A stretch of 64,000 nucleotides of DNA from Patescibacteria group bacterium. GTDB taxonomy: Bacteria > Patescibacteriota > 4484-211. The translations under genes were made by a program, and so were the position numbers. Of this stretch, positions 58,441 to 64,000 are shown piece after piece; the stretch's first letter is position 1, and the number at the start of each line of letters is the position of its first letter. A model generated the notes under the pieces. It was given only the letters and a program-made list of their open reading frames with translations, was not told the origin of the DNA and did no database searches. The stretch is taken from assembly GCA_018824115.1 (NCBI GenBank), contig JAHJGY010000070.1, forward strand, positions 1,632-65,631, read 5' to 3'.

Positions 58441-58839
58441 ATGGCCAGAGTTAGTGGGGTTGATATCCCGGATGACAAGAGAATAATTTACGCATTGACC
58501 TATATTTATGGTGTCGGTTTGTCCCGGGCTAGACAAATTGTTAAGCAGGTGCGGATCGAACCGTCAGTTCAAGTTAAGGATTTGGACGGAAATGACCTAT
58601 CCCGGTTAAGCCGTTTTATTGAGAATAACTATCGGGCGGAAGGTGAGTTGCGGATGCAAATAAGAGATAATATCCGGCGATTACAGGCGATTGGTACATA
58701 CCGAGGTTCGAGACATAAAAAGAAATTACCTGCTCGTGGTCAAAGGACTAGGCATAATGCGCGTACGGTAAAACAGCGTAAACGAGTAACGGTAGGAGGG
58801 CTTTCGGCTAAGAAGAAAGCGGCACGGTCTAAAACGTAA
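58441..58839 (+). CDS. rpsM: Ribosomal protein S13
   Basis: ARVSGVDIPDDKRI...GVGLSRA. Confidence 0.9.
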   Translation: MARVSGVDIPDDKRIIYALTYIYGVGLSRARQIVKQVRIEPSVQVKDLDGNDLSRLSRFIENNYRAEGELRMQIRDNIRRLQAIGTYRGSRHKKKLPARGQRTRHNARTVKQRKRVTVGGLSAKKKAARSKT

Positions 58840-58971
58840 ATTATTAGCTTTTAACTGATACTTCCGAACTAGACCTTTGCAGCTCGGTATAGGTGATTAT
58901 TTAATCTATTGAGAAGGCAAATATTGTTAAGCTAGCTTCAAAGAAGCTAATTAGCTAGCAAGCTCTGAAAT

Positions 58972-59391
58972 ATGTCTGCAAAAGCTAAAACGAGAACCAA
59001 GGCTACGGCTAAGGTTAAGGTTAAGAAGAAAAAAAAGAAAATAATTCCTCAGCAGGCGCAGGTTCATGTGAGGGCGAGTTACAATAATACGGTTGTTAAT
59101 ATTACCGATCGTGAAGGTAATGTGATTATCCAAGGTAGTGCTGGAACGGCTGGGTTTAAAGGGACGAGAAAATCAACACCGTATGCGGCAACAGTTGCGG
59201 CGGAGAGAGTAGCCAGGGATGCTGTTGGATTAGGAGTTAAAAGTGTTGATGTATTAGTTAAGGGGCCGGGATTTGGTCGCGAATCTGCTATACGAGCGAT
59301 TAAATCTGCTGGGTTGAAAATTACTTCAATATCTGATGTAACGCCGATTCCCCATAATGGATGTCGGCCGAAGAAGAAAAGGAGAGTGTAG
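58972..59391 (+). CDS. rpsK: Ribosomal protein S11
   Basis: Lys-rich N-terminus, then [16 protein letters not shown]...TPYAA. Confidence 0.9.
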   Translation: MSAKAKTRTKATAKVKVKKKKKKIIPQQAQVHVRASYNNTVVNITDREGNVIIQGSAGTAGFKGTRKSTPYAATVAAERVARDAVGLGVKSVDVLVKGPGFGRESAIRAIKSAGLKITSISDVTPIPHNGCRPKKKRRV

Positions 59392-59459
59392 GAATTTACA
59401 AAGAAAGGAATTACCTTATTTTTGAAAATTAGAAAATTGTAAATTCGGAAATTATTGTT

Positions 59460-60086
59460 ATGGCTAGATATACTGGACCAAAATGCAAATTGTGTCGTCG
59501 TGAAGGCAAGAAACTCTTTCTTAAAGGGAAAAAATGTGATTTGGTAAAGTGCTTAATTGAAAAGAAGGGCGCTGTTCCTCCAGGGGAATTGCCTAAGCGC
59601 CGTCGTCCTAGAGTGACTGATTACGGGCGAAGATTAAGAGAAAAACAACGAATAAAACGAACCTATGGAGTATTGGAATCACAATTTAGACGATATTTAA
59701 GTGAGGTTGATCGCAGTGATGGGGACTTTGGGTTATCATTGATGAGGTTATTGGAATCGCGGCTAGATAATGTTATCCGTAGATTGGGGTATACCTGGTC
59801 GCTAAATACTGCACGCCAGTTAGTTAGGCATGGCCATATTTTGGTTAATGGCGAAAAAGTTGACATCCCTTCATATAATATTAAAGAGGGTCAAGTAATA
59901 AGTTTGACCCCAGAAGCACGTAAGTTATTAATAGTTCAACAAGCTTTAAGTGAGATTCCTACCGAGGATATCCCATCCTGGTTAGTTAGAAAGGGAGACG
60001 TTGGTAAAGTTGGGCGGCTTCCGGACAAGGATGATTTTGCTGAAGATTTTGACTTTGGTTTAATTCTAGAGTTCTATTCTCGATAA
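59460..60086 (+). CDS. rpsD: Ribosomal protein S4
   Basis: MARYTGPKCKLCRREG...; S4 domain. Confidence 0.9.
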   Translation: MARYTGPKCKLCRREGKKLFLKGKKCDLVKCLIEKKGAVPPGELPKRRRPRVTDYGRRLREKQRIKRTYGVLESQFRRYLSEVDRSDGDFGLSLMRLLESRLDNVIRRLGYTWSLNTARQLVRHGHILVNGEKVDIPSYNIKEGQVISLTPEARKLLIVQQALSEIPTEDIPSWLVRKGDVGKVGRLPDKDDFAEDFDFGLILEFYSR

Positions 60087-60089
60087 ACA

Positions 60090-61022
60090 ATGCCATTATT
60101 TGATCCAGAGATTAAAATTGAAAAAGAGACAGATACAGAGGCGATCCTATTGGTTGGACCACTTGAGCGAGGTTTAGGCCACACAGTAGGTAATAGTTTG
60201 CGTCGGGTAATGCTCTCGTACTTATCAGGAGCTGCAGTTACTGAGATGAGAATCGGGGAGGTGCCGCATGAGTTTTCCACGATTAAAGGCGTTAAAGAGG
60301 ATGTTATCGAACTAATGTTGAATGTGAAGAGGGTTAATTTTAAAATGGACTCTTTAAAACCGCTGATTGTGACAATAGAGGCTGAGGGTGTTGGGAAAGT
60401 TAAGGCGGGAGACCTGAAATGTCCTGCCGGGTTAGAGATTTTGAATAAGGACCTCGTGTTAGCAAATCTTACGGATAAAAAGGCAAAGTTAAGGATGGAA
60501 TTAAAAGTTGAGAATGGGCGAGGTTACGCATTGGTGGATCAGCAGCAAGCGAAAGTTGGGGTGATCCTTATTGACGCGGATTTTAGTCCAGTTCGAAAAG
60601 TGGCGTATCGAGTAGAACCAGTGCGTAAAGGGCGAGTTAGCGGTTTAGATCAGGTAGTATTTGAAATTGTCACCGATGGTTCGACTACCCCGAGAGACGC
60701 GTTGCGTCAGGCGGCAGCGGTTTTGGAAGAGCACTTCAGTTTGCTTAAGGAAGGGGCGGAGGTTCAGGTAACATGGGATGAGACGCAAGAAGTTAAAAAG
60801 GAAGTAGAAGTGGTATCTTCCCCGCCCCTAGAGTATTTAGAAGAATTGAATTTACCAACAAGATTGCTTAATGCCTTGAAAGAGGCGGGGGTTCAGACAT
60901 TAGAAGATATAGATCGAGTTGGGGAAGAAGGTTTATTAAAAATTAAGAACGTTGGCCCTAAAAGTATTAGCTTAATCTCGAAAGCTAGAGAGACTAGAAC
61001 AGAGAAGTCTGTTGGTCAGTAA
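60090..61022 (+). CDS. rpoA: DNA-directed RNA polymerase alpha subunit
   Basis: N-terminal domain (GHTVGNSLRRVMLS) and C-terminal domain (LNLPTRLLNALKEAGVQTLEDI). Confidence 0.9.
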   Translation: MPLFDPEIKIEKETDTEAILLVGPLERGLGHTVGNSLRRVMLSYLSGAAVTEMRIGEVPHEFSTIKGVKEDVIELMLNVKRVNFKMDSLKPLIVTIEAEGVGKVKAGDLKCPAGLEILNKDLVLANLTDKKAKLRMELKVENGRGYALVDQQQAKVGVILIDADFSPVRKVAYRVEPVRKGRVSGLDQVVFEIVTDGSTTPRDALRQAAAVLEEHFSLLKEGAEVQVTWDETQEVKKEVEVVSSPPLEYLEELNLPTRLLNALKEAGVQTLEDIDRVGEEGLLKIKNVGPKSISLISKARETRTEKSVGQ

Positions 61023-61040
61023 TCAGCCTTTGGTGGAAAA

Positions 61041-61409
61041 ATGCGTAAAAGAAGAAAGGGGAAGAAATTTTCACGTGAGCAAGGGCATCGACGGGCGCTA
61101 TTTAGAAGTCTTGCATTGGGGTTTTTTCTACATGAAGAGATTAAAACGACTCTTTCTAGAGCGAAAGCATTACGTCCTTTTGTAGAGAAGATTATTACGA
61201 GAGCTAAACGTGGTCGCCCTAGTGATGCTGTTGCTCTGCGGCAATTGTTTCCTCGACCTGACATTGTAAAAAAATTAGTTCAAGAAATTGGACCGCGGTT
61301 TAAGAACCGGGCGGGTGGTTATACCCGTGTTCTAAAGCTGGGGCCGAGACGTGGAGACGGAGTGGAAATGGCGATTATCCAGATGGTGAACGAGGAAGAG
61401 AAATCCTAA
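61041..61409 (+). CDS. rplQ: Ribosomal protein L17
   Basis: Position in the alpha operon; GHRRALFRSLA...TTLSRAK. Confidence 0.9.
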   Translation: MRKRRKGKKFSREQGHRRALFRSLALGFFLHEEIKTTLSRAKALRPFVEKIITRAKRGRPSDAVALRQLFPRPDIVKKLVQEIGPRFKNRAGGYTRVLKLGPRRGDGVEMAIIQMVNEEEKS

Positions 61410-61435
61410 ATTCGAATTTCGACTTTATATACGTT

Positions 61436-61864
61436 ATGTTTGACAAAAATATTAAACCTAATGAGATACAACGCGAGTGGTTCATTATTGATGCTAGTGA
61501 GGAAATACTAGGCCGAATGTCCACGCATATTGCTGATATCCTCCGCGGAAAACACAGGCCTTACTTTAGTCCTCAGTGGGATATGGGTGATTATGTGATT
61601 GTGGTTAATGCGGAAAAAGTAAAGTTAACGGGGAAAAAGGATAAACTAAAGATGTACTACCGGCATACGGGATATCCCGGCGGGTTTCGCGAGGAGACAG
61701 CGGGAAAAATGCGGGCGAGGAAGCCTGAGAGAATGGTGCAACTGGCAGTAAAGCGGATGCTTCCAAAGAATCGTTTATCTAGACAGATTATAAAGAAGAT
61801 GTTTGTCTATGCTGGATCGGAGCATCCACATGGAGCACAACAGCCAAAGGAATTGAAGTTCTAA
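61436..61864 (+). CDS. rplM: Ribosomal protein L13
   Basis: REWFIIDASEEILGRMST.IA..LRGKH. Confidence 0.9.
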   Translation: MFDKNIKPNEIQREWFIIDASEEILGRMSTHIADILRGKHRPYFSPQWDMGDYVIVVNAEKVKLTGKKDKLKMYYRHTGYPGGFREETAGKMRARKPERMVQLAVKRMLPKNRLSRQIIKKMFVYAGSEHPHGAQQPKELKF

Positions 61865-61873
61865 GTTGGAAGA

Positions 61874-62284
61874 GTGTTTGTAATTATGCCTAAATCAGAA
61901 GTTGTTTGGACATCAGGAGGGAGAAAAACATCTGGAGCCCGGATTAAATTATCCAAGGGGAAGGGTTTGTTTGTTATCAACGATCTTCTGTTCGAGGAAT
62001 ATTACCCATTAGAAGTTGACCGCACCCTTTTATGCGAACCACTGGTAATTGTCGGATTAGAGGCGAAAGACTTTGATATTTCGTTAAAGGTTAGGGGCGG
62101 TGGAAAAAAATCGCAGCGCGATGCCTGCCGGCACGCCTTGGCCCGCGCTTTAGAAAAATACGACCCGGAATTAAGAAAACAACTTAAATCGGCTGGGTTT
62201 TTAACACGTGACGCACGGATGGTAGAGCGAAAAAAGTATGGGTTAAGGAAAGCTCGCCGTGCCCCTCAATTCTCCAAACGGTAA
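61874..62284 (+). CDS. rpsI: Ribosomal protein S9
   Basis: C-terminal [29 protein letters not shown]. Confidence 0.9.
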   Translation: [136 protein letters not shown]

Positions 62285-62400
62285 ATTGGTTACGCGAACA
62301 GATGTAACCTTAACAGCCGCTTTACCACTACAGGTCGGCGCCCCTAAGGACGGTCCTTTTTTTACCTTGTTTTAAGCTTCGTGATATACTTTTCTAAAGT

Positions 62401-62976
62401 TTGCTTAGTATGCCTAGAGTGTCTAGTAGTATCCACAAGTTAAATGCCGCAGTTGAATGGGTTCGTTCTCAGGAGGCTCCCCGTCAGAAAGTTCCTGTAT
62501 ATATTACTGTCCCACGGGAAGTTCTCCCACACGTTCTTGAAAATGGCTTGCGTGTTGGGAATAACCAAATGGCGAGTAAAGATCCGGAACTTCAAGATTT
62601 ATTCGAGCGAATTGCGCGGGAGATGAAAATTGATCTCGATAGAACAAGCTGTGTATATGCCTACCCAAACAAGAGGGATCAAGAAAATAGCCACTGGCAT
62701 GATGATGGAAATAGGGTTTTATTAGAAGTGGCCGTGGATCCATCGAAACCCATGTTGGTTACCGATGGTGAAATATACGCTAAAGCTCTCGCTTGTGCAC
62801 TTGGTAGTCATCACCAAAAGGGAACACCCGAAAGTTGGGCGCGGGAATATTGGAAGCGTGCGGTATCTATGCGAGAATATTTAGAGCAGACTGCACAAGG
62901 GAATTTACTTTTCGAATCGCCGGAACTTCTTATACCTTTTGATATTAGCCCAGAATCAATTAAGGTGATCCATTAA
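62401..62976 (+). CDS. Hypothetical protein (191 aa)
   Basis: ORF; no recognisable family. Confidence 0.45.
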   Translation: MLSMPRVSSSIHKLNAAVEWVRSQEAPRQKVPVYITVPREVLPHVLENGLRVGNNQMASKDPELQDLFERIAREMKIDLDRTSCVYAYPNKRDQENSHWHDDGNRVLLEVAVDPSKPMLVTDGEIYAKALACALGSHHQKGTPESWAREYWKRAVSMREYLEQTAQGNLLFESPELLIPFDISPESIKVIH

Positions 62977-63111
62977 TAGATGCAAAGAGCTTGGTACACT
63001 TCCAAGATAGAATCCATTCTTAATTTAGCCCAAGGATAGGGAGTAGGTTGTTTACAAACATTGATTACTAATAGAATACCTGTATAATTTAATTAGGAAG
63101 GAGTGATTAAT

Positions 63112-63222
63112 ATGGTCAAAGGAAGAGATCGAGTCGGCAAAGCCGAAAAGAAAAAATCACAACTATCCATTAAAGAGAAAAGGCAAAAGAAGAAAGAAAA
63201 AAAGTTGGAAAGAGCTTCTTAA
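63112..63222 (+). CDS. Candidate small highly basic peptide (36 aa, MVKGRDRVGKAEKKKSQLSIKEKRQKKKEKKLERAS)
   Basis: ATG preceded by aggaaggagtgattaat (SD) and a TATAAT element; below the ORF-track size cut-off. Confidence 0.3.
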   Translation: MVKGRDRVGKAEKKKSQLSIKEKRQKKKEKKLERAS

Positions 63223-63292
63223 CACCAGAGAACGAAACTACTTAATTACACCTCGGGTCGAGTACTCTTGGTCGGCACGCCTCACATCGCCC

Positions 63293-63412
63293 CTTTATTA
63301 ACAATTCAGCCCTACTCATCACCAGCCAGCCAACCAGCCCTATAGCTTGAATATTTCCCCGCATTATGTTACAATTCTGCCGATTTAAGCGTTTCGCTTT
63401 ATTCGCGCGGCA
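63293..63412 (+). repeat. Promoter/leader repeat, copy A (-35 TTGAAT, extended -10 TGtTACAAT, ~70 nt leader with hairpin gcggcagaggccgctgc)
   Basis: About 75-80% identical by manual alignment to 63889-64000: ttcagccCtactCatca...gccctatagcttgaAtatttccc...attatgTtacaat... Confidence 0.6.
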
Positions 63413-63444
63413 GAGGCCGCTGCACACAAAAAGGAGGAATCGAA

Positions 63445-63753
63445 ATGGCAGTCTCGGTGCTTTTCAGTACGGTAGGGCACCTTGATGAGGGTCTTTTGGG
63501 GGCCGTAGAGATCAAGCTCTATAGCTGGGGTGTCCCTTTTGGCCCTGAAATGGATAAGGCCATGCGGATCGTGCGCGAGCACGTCGCGACCTGTAAATTG
63601 GTCGTCACCGTCCATGTGGGCGGCGAGGTCCCGCAGTCGCAGTATGACCAAGTGTCATCGATCACGGACCGCGTGACCGTCTACCACATGTTAGGCGGGG
63701 ATCTCTGGTTCGTGAGTCTCGCATGTGATGAGGCGTTTTTGCCCGAGGACTGA
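63445..63753 (+). CDS. Hypothetical small protein (102 aa), GC-rich
   Basis: ORF preceded by AAGGAGG at the correct spacing; no family recognised. Confidence 0.5.
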   Translation: MAVSVLFSTVGHLDEGLLGAVEIKLYSWGVPFGPEMDKAMRIVREHVATCKLVVTVHVGGEVPQSQYDQVSSITDRVTVYHMLGGDLWFVSLACDEAFLPED

Positions 63754-63777
63754 CACTCATCACGCACACCTAGATTC

Positions 63778-63810
63778 GGGGGGGCGCTTGCCCCCCCGAT
63801 TTGTCCTTTC
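63778..63810 (+). terminator. Rho-independent terminator (GGGGGGGC-gctt-GCCCCCCC followed by a T-rich tract)
   Basis: Perfect 8-bp G/C stem followed by gatttgtcctttctttctt. Confidence 0.6.
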
Positions 63811-63888
63811 TTTCTTCGACTTACCTATAGAACTATAACTTTTTCCAAATCTGTGTATAGCTTCGATTGCAAAGTCAGCTCATTTCCC

Positions 63889-64000
63889 CCATATTTACCA
63901 TTCAGCCTTACTTATCATTACCAACCAGTTAGGCCTATAGCTTGATTATTTCCCTGTATTATGCTACAATATTACTAGTTTAGACGTTTTGTTTTATTCG
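63889..64000 (+). repeat. Promoter/leader repeat, copy B (extended -10 TGcTACAAT); the downstream gene lies beyond the window
   Basis: Aligns to copy A across about 110 nt. Confidence 0.55.

Noticed and set aside
1-64000. CRISPR arrays, IS elements and transposases
   Set aside because: No short direct-repeat/spacer arrays and no transposase-like ORFs were seen. The only repeats are the two promoter/leader copies at the right edge.

Overview
This 64 kb window looks like part of a small, gene-dense bacterial chromosome with short intergenic spacers, overlapping start/stop codons and many unusually compact housekeeping proteins (IF-2 527 aa, AlaS 599 aa, sigma-70 361 aa, RNase Y without an N-terminal membrane anchor). 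I infer from this that the host is a reduced-genome organism, possibly from the Candidate Phyla Radiation (CPR/Patescibacteria). No 16S gene is present to confirm this. The core content is housekeeping and largely syntenic: dnaG-rpoD, two tandem greA paralogs, lysS, nusA-ylxR-infB, recA-recX-rny-ymdB, rnhA, tgt, comM, alaS, ftsK, and the infA-rpmJ-rpsM-rpsK-rpsD-rpoA-rplQ and rplM-rpsI ribosomal clusters. It also includes a tRNA-Ser(GCU) and an RNase P RNA (rnpB). Several accessory patches interrupt this backbone. (1) An AT-rich island lies between rnpB and comM. It carries a divergently transcribed MerR/GyrI-like regulator and a UvrB-binding-domain-less UvrA paralog (DrrC/UvrA2-like) under a textbook MerR-type 19-bp-spacer promoter, together with a very acidic small protein, a SAM methyltransferase and a decayed nucleotidyltransferase. 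(2) Two visibly GC-rich insertions are present: a secreted right-handed beta-helix protein with a long leader and double terminator, and a cassette encoding a cold-shock-domain fusion protein plus a small membrane protein. (3) Next to that cassette is a ~700 nt GC-rich, hairpin-dense, ORF-free region that is a candidate large structured RNA. (4) Tandemly repeated ~110 nt promoter/leader modules with an extended -10 (TGnTACAAT) lie at the right edge of the window. Other features include type IV pilus pilN/pilO-like genes beside comM, an FtsA/PilM-family ATPase, a polysaccharide cluster (Wzz-like protein plus an epimerase-DUF4012 fusion) and a catalytically degenerate NrnA-like protein. No CRISPR array, integrase or transposase was recognised.
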